From: a virus
Reading direction: 5' to 3' (one strand)
Virus record (IMG/VR): IMGVR_UViG_3300010397_000042
Location: 25,012 to 89,011 of that record
Length of the DNA stretch: 64,000 bases
Shown: positions 54,290-64,000 of the stretch, piece after piece
How the letters are laid out: every line of letters starts with the position of its first letter
How positions within the stretch are numbered: position 1 is the first letter of the stretch
Notes under the pieces: generated by a model
Database searches by the model: none
What the model saw: only the letters and a program-made list of their open reading frames with translations
Told to the model about the DNA's origin: nothing
Made by a program: the position numbers and the translations under genes

Positions 54290-55689
54290 CGTATAAGCCG
54301 CGTGCACGAGTACAGATAAATACTCTCAAGGGTGGGAGTCGAACCGAAGGCGTTACGATCGAGATAATCCCTATCGAACTGCGGTGGAGGAAAAACAACC
54401 ATCACATCGCAGACGAATTGGACATCACCATCGATTGGGCGATGTCCGGAATTGATCCGCGAATCATCAAGAACGCCCGCGTGTCGATGTACCTCTGGGA
54501 TGCAAACCAGGATGGCGAAGAGCCGGATCCTGACAAGCATCTCAGGTTTACCGGGATGGTTGTAACTGCGCATCGGCGCTTGAGTGAATCAGGATGGGTC
54601 GTCGAGCTGAAGTGTCACGACCACACCACCCTGTTCATCCACAACAAGCCGCTGCGCACCGCTGGAATGCCGGAATGGACGGACTCACTCAAGACCATCT
54701 GGACGCGCATCTGCGACAACACGGGTTGGAAAGATCCTAAGAACGGTAAGATCCTTTCTAGCGTCGAGGCTCTGAAGGATCAGCTGAAGTTCATTCCTGA
54801 GGAGTTGGGATCGACTCCGCTAGGAAAGCTAGCTCCCTCGCGATTTGGTCGAGTTGGAAAACCTACCCCCAAGCGAGGGGCGAGCTCCTGGGATGTTTGG
54901 CGATGGTGCGTCGAGTGTCTCGGCCTGATCACGTATATCGAGAAGGATACGTGTGTTGTAACCACGACGACCGAGCACTACACCGCTAAGACAGCTGCTC
55001 GCATGCTGTATGGACACAACATCCATACCTTCGAGGAGAGTGCCGATTGTGAGATGGCTACGAAGGGCATTCTTCTGAAGTCCTTCGATCATAACACAGG
55101 ACGCGTTATCGAAGCACACTGGCCGCCCCCTGGCGACGAGCGGTTGAAGCAGAGACGAGCCGCGGTGGGCAAGAAGTCAGATGGCGGCACCACCGTAACT
55201 GCGAACGAGCAGTCGGGCGATTACGACGAGTTCAACATGTACTCGATCCAAGACCAAGCAGCCTTGGATAACTTTGCTCAATACGCGTATGAGGAACGGT
55301 CGCGTCAGGAAGTCAAGGGCTCGTTCCATACATCAGAGATGATTGTCCAGGATAAGGACAATAACGATATCGATATACTTTCCCTCCGAGCCGGCGACGC
55401 AATCGCTATCGAGATGGAAGTCGACATCAACCGCGACTTGCTGATGGCTCTTCCGGATGAGGATCAGCGAGCTGATTTCCTAGTCGATAAGTACGGCTAC
55501 GCTCAAAGCGTTGCAACTCTCATTGCTCAGAACCTGAACGCCAATCAGTTGGACGTCATTATATATCACATCGAAACCATGGATGTGGAACTCAAGCCGG
55601 AAGTCTTCAATATAGAGATCAAGTTCCACAACCTGATCACGCTCGATGACAACGGCGGCGTCAAATCGGGGTTCTCAGACAAAGTATGA
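54286..55689 (+). CDS. Baseplate hub (gpD/gp27-like)
   Basis: AD...I.I, RFTG.V, L.C.D.T; position. Confidence 0.72.
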   Translation: MTYKPRARVQINTLKGGSRTEGVTIEIIPIELRWRKNNHHIADELDITIDWAMSGIDPRIIKNARVSMYLWDANQDGEEPDPDKHLRFTGMVVTAHRRLSESGWVVELKCHDHTTLFIHNKPLRTAGMPEWTDSLKTIWTRICDNTGWKDPKNGKILSSVEALKDQLKFIPEELGSTPLGKLAPSRFGRVGKPTPKRGASSWDVWRWCVECLGLITYIEKDTCVVTTTTEHYTAKTAARMLYGHNIHTFEESADCEMATKGILLKSFDHNTGRVIEAHWPPPGDERLKQRRAAVGKKSDGGTTVTANEQSGDYDEFNMYSIQDQAALDNFAQYAYEERSRQEVKGSFHTSEMIVQDKDNNDIDILSLRAGDAIAIEMEVDINRDLLMALPDEDQRADFLVDKYGYAQSVATLIAQNLNANQLDVIIYHIETMDVELKPEVFNIEIKFHNLITLDDNGGVKSGFSDKV

Positions 55690-56474
55690 TCCCGAACGCA
55701 TCCAACAATTTCGCCCCTGAAAGCTCGGGCGCTCAGATCGTAACCGGTACTGTCGGCTGGGAAGGTGACGCCGAGTTCGTTGATTTCGGTACGGACGAAA
55801 ACAAGGGCTACACGTTCGTCAAGGTCCAGCTCTTCGACGGGATGCGAGACACCACGAAGCCGCTGACTCCCGAACTAGGCCAAGGGACGAAGATCATCTG
55901 TCATCTGTCCGGCAGTCTTTTTCGTATTCCGAAGAAGGGCACTCGAGTCTTCGTTGCCATCCCAGATGGTATGGAGAACGTTACCGGAGCAGGTGTTATC
56001 TTCGCGACAATCGAGAAGAGTCCGACGTCTCAGTTCGCCAAGGATCGCGTCGTCGTCGACTATGGATCCGATGTTCACGTAGTGATTCGAGGTAAGAGCG
56101 TAGCGCTGCAAAGCACAGAGAATGACTTCGTATCTGTTGGAACACCGCGATCGGGGGGAGCTGCCGGAGTTACTATCTCTTGTAGTTCTGGAACCGGCGC
56201 TGTTTTTCAAGCCAAGGTTGCAAGCCTCTTCGTTGCAAGCGGTGGAGCTGCAAAGACCTGTCTACAGATGACCGACTCACACGTCGAATGCATGTCTGAT
56301 TCCGGCGGCATGTGGAAACTCGATGGTGACTTCTACACTCTTGGAGCGAATGTCACCCTCGCTGGCGGTGCAGTGTATCTCGGAAAGACTCCCAATGCAG
56401 CGTCACCAGCTCTTTGGGGTCCAACCGGTATCGCCGGTGTGGCTTCTACCTCTGTCTTTATCTCACCAATCTAG
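55686..56474 (+). CDS. Baseplate central spike (gpV/gp45-like)
   Basis: OB-fold motif IP.KG..V.V..P.G followed by beta-repeat region. Confidence 0.72.
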   Translation: MIPNASNNFAPESSGAQIVTGTVGWEGDAEFVDFGTDENKGYTFVKVQLFDGMRDTTKPLTPELGQGTKIICHLSGSLFRIPKKGTRVFVAIPDGMENVTGAGVIFATIEKSPTSQFAKDRVVVDYGSDVHVVIRGKSVALQSTENDFVSVGTPRSGGAAGVTISCSSGTGAVFQAKVASLFVASGGAAKTCLQMTDSHVECMSDSGGMWKLDGDFYTLGANVTLAGGAVYLGKTPNAASPALWGPTGIAGVASTSVFISPI

Positions 56475-57073
56475 TGCCGCTCGCTGGTAGTGCCCTCGTC
56501 CTCAGTGCAGCTATGATTATAGCTGGCGGTATCACGGACCCGGTTGCGATTCCGTATGTGAACAGCTTGGGAAACGCGATTGCGACATGGATGGTCTCAA
56601 ACACCATCGTGGAGAACATTCCTCCGACAATGATAGCCGCGGGCTCCGGCGTGAGCGGATTCGGGAACATCGATTTTACAGGTGGCGCTGGAGCGGGTGA
56701 TTCATTCGGAGCTGCCATGGCAGCTTCAATTCCTGCTGTTGATACTCCGGGTATTGCCAAATGGAAAGCCATCGGCAACGCACTCGTCGATCACATGAAG
56801 TCGAAAGGTTTCATCAACCCGACAACATTTGTAGCCAATCCATTAGGTGGTGCCGTAACAGGAACTGGCTTGATCGCATTCACATCCATGACCTTCAGTC
56901 CAACCATAGGAAGCGTGGTTTTTCCAATCTTCGACACGGCGGGTTACGCAAGCATGGCATCTATCGGATCAACCATTCTAACTCACATTGCAGCCAACGC
57001 CTTGGTGAACAGCCTCGGCTTCACGAGTCCATCAGGCGGTGGACCTCTAGTTGGCGTCAGCACAATTGCTTAG
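56474..57073 (+). CDS. Gly/Ala-rich baseplate-associated protein with internal duplication
   Basis: GTG overlapping spike stop; repeats LGNAIATWM / IGNALVDHM / IGSTILTHI. Confidence 0.6.
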   Translation: MPLAGSALVLSAAMIIAGGITDPVAIPYVNSLGNAIATWMVSNTIVENIPPTMIAAGSGVSGFGNIDFTGGAGAGDSFGAAMAASIPAVDTPGIAKWKAIGNALVDHMKSKGFINPTTFVANPLGGAVTGTGLIAFTSMTFSPTIGSVVFPIFDTAGYASMASIGSTILTHIAANALVNSLGFTSPSGGGPLVGVSTIA

Positions 57074-57081
57074 GTGACTTT

Positions 57082-57207
57082 ATGGCATCGCGCTGCAACT
57101 TTCCCAGCTTCAATTTCAGTTTTGCACTTCCGGGGTTCCCCGGATTTAGTCTTCCTTCAATCCCGACGTTTTCGTTGGCATTCAGTCTTCCATGTCCTCT
57201 TGACTGA
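57082..57207 (+). CDS. 41-aa Phe/Pro/Ser-rich peptide
   Basis: AGGTG RBS; MASRCNFPSF...LPCPLD. Confidence 0.55.
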   Translation: MASRCNFPSFNFSFALPGFPGFSLPSIPTFSLAFSLPCPLD

Positions 57208-57219
57208 CTTAGCTTAGCT

Positions 57220-57945
57220 TTGAGTATTCTTCTTCAATCGGTAGTAATCCGCCATGAACAGCGGATCCGTCTTATCTTTACGAACACCTTGGATGCAGGT
57301 GCGTTCGGTGCGCCAGCGCCTGCCTATTACACGGTAACGTGTAATACGGGAGGCGGTGTTGATCCCGACGTACAAGCTGCGTTCGTTGTTCCAAACAGTC
57401 CTACGGTTGTCGAGCTCGGACTGCAGAACCCGCTCGTCAAAGGCGCACTGTACACGGTCAAGGCTGAAGGCGTACCAGCAACCGACGCATCAACTACGGC
57501 ATCCGGAACCCAGCTCCAATTCCGTTGGGCCATCACCGCTCCAAAAACAAACGTCGAAGTAACAATCTCCGACCGAAAGCGTCTTCTCTACGGAGTGGAC
57601 ATCATTTGGAACGGCGAAGATTTTCAAGAAGCGGCCAATGGCGACTTGGATCAGATTGATGGTCCCGCCAATGTATCGAAGGCGTTGAATCGCGCAGTGG
57701 AGTCGAATGGTGTCCCGTGGGATCCGACATACGGTGCGAAGTCGCGAGAACACGTGGACAGCCCTTCCGTTCTAGGTGGCACTCTGAAGGGTTCAATCTC
57801 CTCGCAGATCCTCAAAGACCCGCGTGTCCAATCGGTGAAGATGAGCCATCTCATCGAGGATGAGAAGACATTCATCTTTGCGGACCCCGTTCTCATTTCG
57901 GGTGAGTCCGTCGAACAAGTTTCCATCTCGGTCCCGAACCAATGA
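57220..57945 (+). CDS. Baseplate wedge (gp25/gpW-like) with N-terminal Ig-like domain
   Basis: GDL..I.G..N...AL, P.YG, DPRV..V. Confidence 0.8.
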   Translation: MSILLQSVVIRHEQRIRLIFTNTLDAGAFGAPAPAYYTVTCNTGGGVDPDVQAAFVVPNSPTVVELGLQNPLVKGALYTVKAEGVPATDASTTASGTQLQFRWAITAPKTNVEVTISDRKRLLYGVDIIWNGEDFQEAANGDLDQIDGPANVSKALNRAVESNGVPWDPTYGAKSREHVDSPSVLGGTLKGSISSQILKDPRVQSVKMSHLIEDEKTFIFADPVLISGESVEQVSISVPNQ

Positions 57946-59066
57946 TCGCAGAACCTTCAATCCAAGACATGATCGACGTTGCTTCGAAGTCGATTCGAGG
58001 TGAGAAGGAGAAGAACGCCGACTTTCAGCGTGGCTCTGATTACGAAGCTCTGACGGGGCCATGTGCGATCATCTGGACTCGAGAAGCTGCTCGAGACACT
58101 GACCTATTCAACTCGGTCAACTTCCATTCCGCAGACGGTGAAGACCTCACCGACATGGTGTTCTTTCGTTATGCGAAAGAGCGAATCATGGACACGCACG
58201 GACAGGGTTCGGTCCGCCTGACTCGTTCGACTGCAGGAGTTGCAGAGACAATCTGGTCCGGGACACACTTCACGGTACTGGGATCTCAACCCCGGACGTA
58301 TCGAGTAACGGAAGATACTCCCGTTGGGTCCACTGTAACAGCGGTGGAAATTCCAATCGAAGCTGTCGACGTCGGCTCGGGGGTGGCTATCTCTACAGTC
58401 GATGTCAGGATCGACGATGAACTCGAAGATCCGAACTGGCGAGTGAGTAATCTCGAATGCCGGAACGGTACAGTATTCGAAAAGTCTGAGGCGTTTCGAA
58501 CGCGAATCCGCGCGGAACAGGTCAACGAACGCCCGGGTCAAAGCGCTTTTATTATCCAGACCTGTAAAGATGCTGGTGCTGGTCAGGTCATCTTGTTTCG
58601 CAGTGACTACGCGGGAGACTCCTACGACTACGGACTAAACGTCTGCTACGTCGGCGACCTGGGATTCTCTGGGTCCGATGAGTTAGTAAGAGACTGCGCC
58701 ATCGCCCTCTGGGGAGGACGAGTTCTAGGAGATAACCTCCAAGTTCTCCCGATGGCTCGAGTCGAACTCGACATCATCGCTGATGTACATCTACGAGCCG
58801 CACCAGCTCAGTTTGACCTTGAGCGTTTCAAGCGAATTCAGATCGCTTCACTACAACACTACCTGAACGGGAAGTCTGGACGCTTTGCCTACTCCATGGA
58901 CGGACTCATCGGCGCTCTCGCGGTGCATGTCCCGGAGGTTCAGCGAGTCAACATCACGACTCCTAGTGTGGGGGCTGATGTTGTTTACGGTGCTTACAAA
59001 AACTTCCCCGATGTCTTGAATCGCTACGTGATGGGTCAAGTCACGCTTCGTTACCTGGGTCCGTAA
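57942..59066 (+). CDS. Baseplate J/gp47-like protein (paralogue 2)
   Basis: SADGEDL, G.V.LTR, I..GT, IEA...G, G...E..E.FR.R. Confidence 0.85.
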   Translation: MIAEPSIQDMIDVASKSIRGEKEKNADFQRGSDYEALTGPCAIIWTREAARDTDLFNSVNFHSADGEDLTDMVFFRYAKERIMDTHGQGSVRLTRSTAGVAETIWSGTHFTVLGSQPRTYRVTEDTPVGSTVTAVEIPIEAVDVGSGVAISTVDVRIDDELEDPNWRVSNLECRNGTVFEKSEAFRTRIRAEQVNERPGQSAFIIQTCKDAGAGQVILFRSDYAGDSYDYGLNVCYVGDLGFSGSDELVRDCAIALWGGRVLGDNLQVLPMARVELDIIADVHLRAAPAQFDLERFKRIQIASLQHYLNGKSGRFAYSMDGLIGALAVHVPEVQRVNITTPSVGADVVYGAYKNFPDVLNRYVMGQVTLRYLGP

Positions 59067-59854
59067 TGCCTCTTCTTCCATTACCTGAAGGTGACTCCCA
59101 CCTGATTGGTGGCGACGTTCCTGTCAATACAGCTGAGGACGTTCTTGTAGAGTTCTCTCGGCCTCATCGGAATCCAGCAGCCGCGCCCGTGCGCGATGCT
59201 TTTGCAGCCGCTTTCGCCGAGGGGTTCAAGAAGTATCAAAACATCGCATCTCGAGCGACGGCGCAAACCAATCCGCTCACGGCAACGGGGGACTACCTCA
59301 AAGCATTTGCTGAAGAGCGGGGTATCGTTCCGAAGTTTGAAGAGACCGAGGAGTCACTTCGAGAAAGACTCTTTTCAGCCCCCGCGATTGTCACGCCGCA
59401 AGCCATCGTTGATCAGATCAATGAGATCTTGGCTCCCTATTCCAACGGGACGTGTCGCATTGCCGAGATCGAAATGGATGGCTGGTTCGTTCATGACGGG
59501 ACGGCGACGTGGGATTCGTTCGTTGGTGCGTCTCCCGAGTACCCCGATCGCTACTACGACTACCTACCCGATCTGGATCCCGGTGGTGCGATCCCGTCGT
59601 GGGGCTACCTTCGAAGCTTCCTGATTCGCATTCCACCGCTAGAGCAGAACGACGAAACCATCTCGTATGTTCTGAACGACTCGGACGATGGACTCTTCGT
59701 CGATAACGGTACGAGTCTCTATCCGTCCTTCTTTCTCTTCACAAACCCCCAGCTATCCGAAGATCTCTACAACCAAATCATCGGTCTGGTGGACAACATC
59801 AAAGGGCAGGGGATGACGTACACCTTGCTCGTCGATCCCTCTCTTATTCCTTGA
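59066..59854 (+). CDS. Baseplate wedge gpI/gp48-like protein
   Basis: TATGDYL...A..RG.....ET.E.LR.R, T..AI; K..G C-terminus. Confidence 0.78.
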   Translation: MPLLPLPEGDSHLIGGDVPVNTAEDVLVEFSRPHRNPAAAPVRDAFAAAFAEGFKKYQNIASRATAQTNPLTATGDYLKAFAEERGIVPKFEETEESLRERLFSAPAIVTPQAIVDQINEILAPYSNGTCRIAEIEMDGWFVHDGTATWDSFVGASPEYPDRYYDYLPDLDPGGAIPSWGYLRSFLIRIPPLEQNDETISYVLNDSDDGLFVDNGTSLYPSFFLFTNPQLSEDLYNQIIGLVDNIKGQGMTYTLLVDPSLIP

Positions 59855-59861
59855 GTGTGTT

Positions 59862-61178
59862 ATGGCCGAAGAACGATTTCAACTGACTTACAACGGACAG
59901 CAGGTTCAGGAGCAAGACCTGGATCTTTTGGGTACGACCTCGGGTCTCGCCGACGATCGAGTGTTCGCCGAGCTCCTCCGAATGACCCCCTACGACGGGA
60001 GCACCGTTCTGAAGGGCGTACTTCCATTTGGACATCAGAGCTCTGCAAACGATGGTATCGTGATGCCGAGTGGTGCTGATGGCAGCGTGGTCATCAATCC
60101 GTTCCGGGCGGTGGTAGGACCCCGAACGGCGGTGGGTGACGATCCTAAGGAGAACTGGAGGGACATCCGGTCGGCAATTGCTGTCGGGTCTACAACGCTT
60201 TCGCAGGTGTTGGCGATCTCTGCGAACAGCTCGGGCGATCCGCGATGGGATCTTGTCTACGCATCAGTCTCAGTTGAGACGAACGGACCCAGCGTCACGC
60301 GCAAGGTGAAAGATCCCACCACTGGTGTCGTTACATCGACGTCTGTTCCCGAATCTCAGATCACAACGGTTTCTGTTTCGGTCCAGCCTGGAACTGCGTC
60401 TTCGACGCCTGAATTCGCCGACCCCCCGACGGATGCAGGTGGTGTGTATTACATTCCGCTAGCGTACGTTCGGGTTCCCGACGGGTTCAATGGGACGTCG
60501 ACAGTCGGTTTGACGGATATCGCAACTCAGGCACCAGTGCTTTCGCTCGCCCGAGCAACTGGTGGAAAGAGCATTCGACCTGCTTCTTCGAACAATAGTG
60601 TTTCGACGACGCAGCAACATAGCTGGGGATCGACGGGCACGCGACGCAAGGTTTTGCTCCCACGCGACATGACCGGTGGAGAGACGTTGCTCTTGGCGAT
60701 GGACTTGAAGAGCAACACTGTCGGCGACCATAGCCATCTCGATGGCGATGTTCTCGATGAGGGTAACTGGGCTGGTCGTATCTGTAAGTGGCATTGTGTC
60801 TTCGCGACCGGAGCCGGTACGGCCTCCTTCTTCCCATTCTCGAGTGTTTATTTCGACATCCTCGCAGGCGATGGTTCGCCGTTGTTTCAGTCTTACGGTG
60901 CATTCTATGACGGCAACGACAATCCTCCCACTTGGGGCATCGGAGATACTCTCCAACCGTATCGACCAGGTGGCTTGAGCGCTAACAACTGGTCATACCC
61001 CGTCAACTTGGCGAACCAAAGCGGTGACGGTAACGCACCCGGTCTGAATGCCGACGTGTCGATTATTTGCGATCACGACGACGACGGGAAGCTCAAGCTT
61101 CACATCGCAGGTGGGGGCAACCCGAAGGCTCTCATCTTCTTGTGGCTGGAATTCTCCGGTCCTTACACGAACCTCTAA
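59862..61178 (+). CDS. Tail fibre (proximal) protein
   Basis: GQ.V...DL start; NSSG.PR.DLV; G......P..P......PLA.V.VP. Confidence 0.72.
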   Translation: MAEERFQLTYNGQQVQEQDLDLLGTTSGLADDRVFAELLRMTPYDGSTVLKGVLPFGHQSSANDGIVMPSGADGSVVINPFRAVVGPRTAVGDDPKENWRDIRSAIAVGSTTLSQVLAISANSSGDPRWDLVYASVSVETNGPSVTRKVKDPTTGVVTSTSVPESQITTVSVSVQPGTASSTPEFADPPTDAGGVYYIPLAYVRVPDGFNGTSTVGLTDIATQAPVLSLARATGGKSIRPASSNNSVSTTQQHSWGSTGTRRKVLLPRDMTGGETLLLAMDLKSNTVGDHSHLDGDVLDEGNWAGRICKWHCVFATGAGTASFFPFSSVYFDILAGDGSPLFQSYGAFYDGNDNPPTWGIGDTLQPYRPGGLSANNWSYPVNLANQSGDGNAPGLNADVSIICDHDDDGKLKLHIAGGGNPKALIFLWLEFSGPYTNL

Positions 61179-61197
61179 TAATAGACTCTTAGATTAG

Positions 61198-63681
61198 ATG
61201 CCTACTCATCTTGGAGACGATCTCGAGGTCGATCCACCGTTGACGATGGACGCGAACTACAGGTTCGGTCCTGTAGATCGACGGCTTATCGACGACCAGA
61301 TCCGAGAAATTCAGAAACAGCTCGTCCGTGCCCTCCTCAAGGGCAAGATGGGGACTTACCAGACTCTCGATTTCGGGTCTGTAGCGGTTCAACCGGGACA
61401 GGTTGTCTGCCTCGCAAGCACCAGATTCGGCACCGTTACGCTTGTCACACCGGAGGCCATTGCCAACGCCAAAGGACACAGCGGCCTCGTCATCGTTGGT
61501 GCCTCTCCTGGGGGACGTGTGTTCGTCGCCCATCAGGGTATCATTCCACCCGAGCTCACGCTCTTCGCGTCTGGCTCATCCGGTTATGCGCGTGTCGACA
61601 CATCGACGGGCTACCTCGAGCACGTATCGAGCCTCCTGGATACCGACATCGCGATCGGTACGATCGACAACGCTGGTTATCTTCAGCTCGGCATTCCGTT
61701 CGGAACTGCCTTCGAACTCACCGAAGGACTGACCGGCGGTGCAGACACGCAGCTCCTCTTCAACAACGATGGCACTGAAGACGGATGTGCCTCGCTTATC
61801 TACAACAAGGCGACAGAGACGGCGACATTCGTTGAGCCAATCATCACCGATCCCACGGTGACAGATGGAACGTTCGATAACCCGGCGGTAACGGACGGTA
61901 CGTTCGACGACCCAACGGTCACCGATGGAGATTTCACCACTCCAACTATTCATGACCCGACGGTCAGCGATGGCGATTTCGATGGCGTTCCCGTCTTCGA
62001 TACGGACTACAACGAGTTCGTACCTCAAGGCTCCTCGGGAACGAACGGAATAGCCTTTACTCAGACGAACAAGCTCGAGACGACGACCACGACGGCGGAT
62101 CAGCATCTCGCTGAGTACACGATCGACGACTCCTACGGCGATTGCTTTGTCACGCTAACGGTCGAGGTCGGATCCTCGTTCATCGGCGATGGCGTGTGCG
62201 GTGGCAAGTACCCGCTAGCGGCCACGTTCTCCCGACGATCTGGGACGATGGCCCTCGTTTCCAACACCGACTTCACGGACGACACCCTGGCGAAGGGTCA
62301 AGTGCTGACGCACCCAACCCTAGCGGTTGTCGACCACGACACCATCGCCCTGCAGGTCACGGGACCTGACGTCACTTGTGAATGGCTCGCCTCAGCGCAT
62401 CTGCAGATTGTCCCGGCCCCTACGTCCGACGTTCTCTATGACTTCGACTTCACGTCGCTGTCCATGGGGTTCTACAGCGCCACGAGCTTCCTGAACCGGA
62501 CAGGCCTGACGTTCTCTCGATCCGTCGACCCCGGAGGCACGGTTCAGACTTCGGCCACGACCATCATCGACGGTGGTTCGGCAAACCAGGCAGCGATCGG
62601 CAACCTAGGATCGACTCTTGCCAAGCGCGGACTCGTCCTCCAGACGAACACCTACAACTGGGTCGTCGACACTGGCTCGAACAACGTTCGCAATTTCGGC
62701 GCGGGCACGGGTTCCGTTTGGCAGGCGGGATCGGGTCACACCGAATCGTGGCCGAGCGACTCACCAAACCAGTCCAACTCCGGTGGCACGTTGGTCGGCT
62801 GCTCAAGCGGCGGCTGGGGCAACTACATCGACTGGGGTGCAGACAACAACGGCTCGCAGACCTGGAGCGTCTGGCAGAAGAAGAACACGTCGGACATCCA
62901 GATGGGCTGGCACGACGCTGCTGGCACCGCCTTCACCGGCTGGGAGGTGACTACTGGTTCGGCAACTACATGGAACCGTTACCAGCTGTCGCGCCTCTCC
63001 GGCAACCGCCGCTACTACGACGTTACGGACGGCCGCAACCTAACGGCCACCGCCACCGGCGGGCAAACGGCGCGGGCACGAAGCGTCTACGCGGACTGCG
63101 CGCAGCTTGAGGATGGCCCGAACCCAACGGAAGCCATCGTGGGCCTGGGTGGCGCACGCGGAGCCGATCTCCTGTCCCGAGCCACGGGTTCGAGCTTCAT
63201 CTCGTCGACTGGTCAGTTCCGGTTCTACGCCAAGTTCAGCCCCAAGCACGCGACGACGCAGCACGTGTACTGGCGAAGGTCCAGCTCCGACGCGAACACG
63301 GCGACGGCCTGGTACCTCTGGAGCTGGGGCGGCGCGGGCACGAGCTACGCGAAGATCAAGGACAGCGACAAGAAGCTGTACTGCAAGGTCCAGGGCGGGA
63401 CAGAGTACGTCTCCACTAACGCGATCAGCTGGGCCTACAACGATACGGTGGAGATCTACATCGCTGTCGGCAACAACGTTGCGAGCAAGGCGAAGTACCG
63501 CATCAACGGCGGCAGTTGGACGGACATGGTGCTCTCGACCGTGCCCGATGTACCAAACCCAGCCTCCGGAGCGATCCGCCTCTTCTCGGACGACTCTACG
63601 GCCACCGGGGACGCAGGCTCACTGCAGTCGTGGGTTCACCGCGTCACGGTGATGGACACCGCTCACTACCCGGGGACTTGA
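61198..63681 (+). CDS. Tail fibre / receptor-binding protein
   Basis: GGADTQL.FN linker, DPTVTDGTF repeats, carbohydrate-binding-like (AQLE.G..PT..I...R.AD) and LamG-like C-terminal part. Confidence 0.68.
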   Translation: MPTHLGDDLEVDPPLTMDANYRFGPVDRRLIDDQIREIQKQLVRALLKGKMGTYQTLDFGSVAVQPGQVVCLASTRFGTVTLVTPEAIANAKGHSGLVIVGASPGGRVFVAHQGIIPPELTLFASGSSGYARVDTSTGYLEHVSSLLDTDIAIGTIDNAGYLQLGIPFGTAFELTEGLTGGADTQLLFNNDGTEDGCASLIYNKATETATFVEPIITDPTVTDGTFDNPAVTDGTFDDPTVTDGDFTTPTIHDPTVSDGDFDGVPVFDTDYNEFVPQGSSGTNGIAFTQTNKLETTTTTADQHLAEYTIDDSYGDCFVTLTVEVGSSFIGDGVCGGKYPLAATFSRRSGTMALVSNTDFTDDTLAKGQVLTHPTLAVVDHDTIALQVTGPDVTCEWLASAHLQIVPAPTSDVLYDFDFTSLSMGFYSATSFLNRTGLTFSRSVDPGGTVQTSATTIIDGGSANQAAIGNLGSTLAKRGLVLQTNTYNWVVDTGSNNVRNFGAGTGSVWQAGSGHTESWPSDSPNQSNSGGTLVGCSSGGWGNYIDWGADNNGSQTWSVWQKKNTSDIQMGWHDAAGTAFTGWEVTTGSATTWNRYQLSRLSGNRRYYDVTDGRNLTATATGGQTARARSVYADCAQLEDGPNPTEAIVGLGGARGADLLSRATGSSFISSTGQFRFYAKFSPKHATTQHVYWRRSSSDANTATAWYLWSWGGAGTSYAKIKDSDKKLYCKVQGGTEYVSTNAISWAYNDTVEIYIAVGNNVASKAKYRINGGSWTDMVLSTVPDVPNPASGAIRLFSDDSTATGDAGSLQSWVHRVTVMDTAHYPGT

Positions 63682-63682
63682 C

Positions 63683-64000
63683 ATGCCCTACCATCTTGGA
63701 GCGCCGTTTCCAAACCCGTTGTTTGAGGTCACCGCGTCGCTTGCCGATCTCAACTGGCGTCTGGCCTTCACCGGTCCGGATGTTAGCGGTCACTGTACGT
63801 GCACCCCAACGTTCCAGACTCAGGCCACCATGGGCGGTCGCGCGGGCACCAGCTATGACGTTACCTTTCACTTCCAGGGTGTAGTCGAGCAGAAGACGTA
63901 TACGGGAGGGACGCGGGACGGTTATTGGCAGGTCGGCGGAGCGCCTGCAGCCGACCCGTTCAACGTCTACATGCTGTCGGTATCCAGTCCGGCGCAGAAG
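63683..64000 (+). CDS. Virion-associated protein, 3' truncated by window
   Basis: Open from ATG 63683 to end: MPYHLGAPFPNP...YDVTFHFQGVVEQKTYTGG...WQVGG...FNVYMLSVSSPAQK. Confidence 0.65.
   Translation, partial: MPYHLGAPFPNPLFEVTASLADLNWRLAFTGPDVSGHCTCTPTFQTQATMGGRAGTSYDVTFHFQGVVEQKTYTGGTRDGYWQVGGAPAADPFNVYMLSVSSPAQK

Noticed and set aside
45489-59854. Stand-alone eCIS/tailocin locus
   Set aside because: Contiguous with terminase, portal and capsid genes, so it is a phage tail
1-64000. Genome-wide stop-codon reassignment
   Set aside because: Core genes are intact in code 11 and end in TAA, TAG and TGA; only one internal TGA was found
59862-64000. Diversity-generating retroelement or invertible fibre cassette
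   Set aside because: No reverse transcriptase, invertase or TR/VR repeat pair visible in the window

Overview
This window is a 64 kb segment of a tailed phage with a contractile tail (myovirus-like); no host housekeeping genes, integrase, tRNA, CRISPR array or lysis cassette were recognised. (1) 1-9966 (+): nucleotide metabolism and replication genes (ThyX fragment, class II ribonucleotide reductase, RNA ligase, SF2 helicase, VRR-NUC, primase-polymerase/VapE fusion). (2) About 9950-33700: a large accessory region of short, mostly minus-strand genes, including a GT4 glycosyltransferase, cyclic-phosphate receiver domain, RadC/JAB, ParB-like + DUF4417, MoxR-type AAA + vWA pair, SLOG, an Acb2/Tad1-like protein, an NDT-like protein and HTH regulators, around a divergent non-coding centre at about 23.6-25.2 kb. 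(3) 33735-64000 (+): second glycosyltransferase, terminase, portal, scaffold, capsid, neck, sheath, tube, frameshifted chaperone, two baseplate-J paralogues, tape measure, hub, spike and fibres. The most striking unexplained signal is regulatory. About 13 sigma70-type promoters share an extra conserved box (TTGACA-N-ACTCTNAG). Most place a start codon only 5-7 nt after the -10 hexamer, implying leaderless mRNAs, and several use the upstream gene's TGA stop as part of the -35. Three related long hairpins also end directly at an AUG. All protein family calls are from motif recognition by eye, not database searches.
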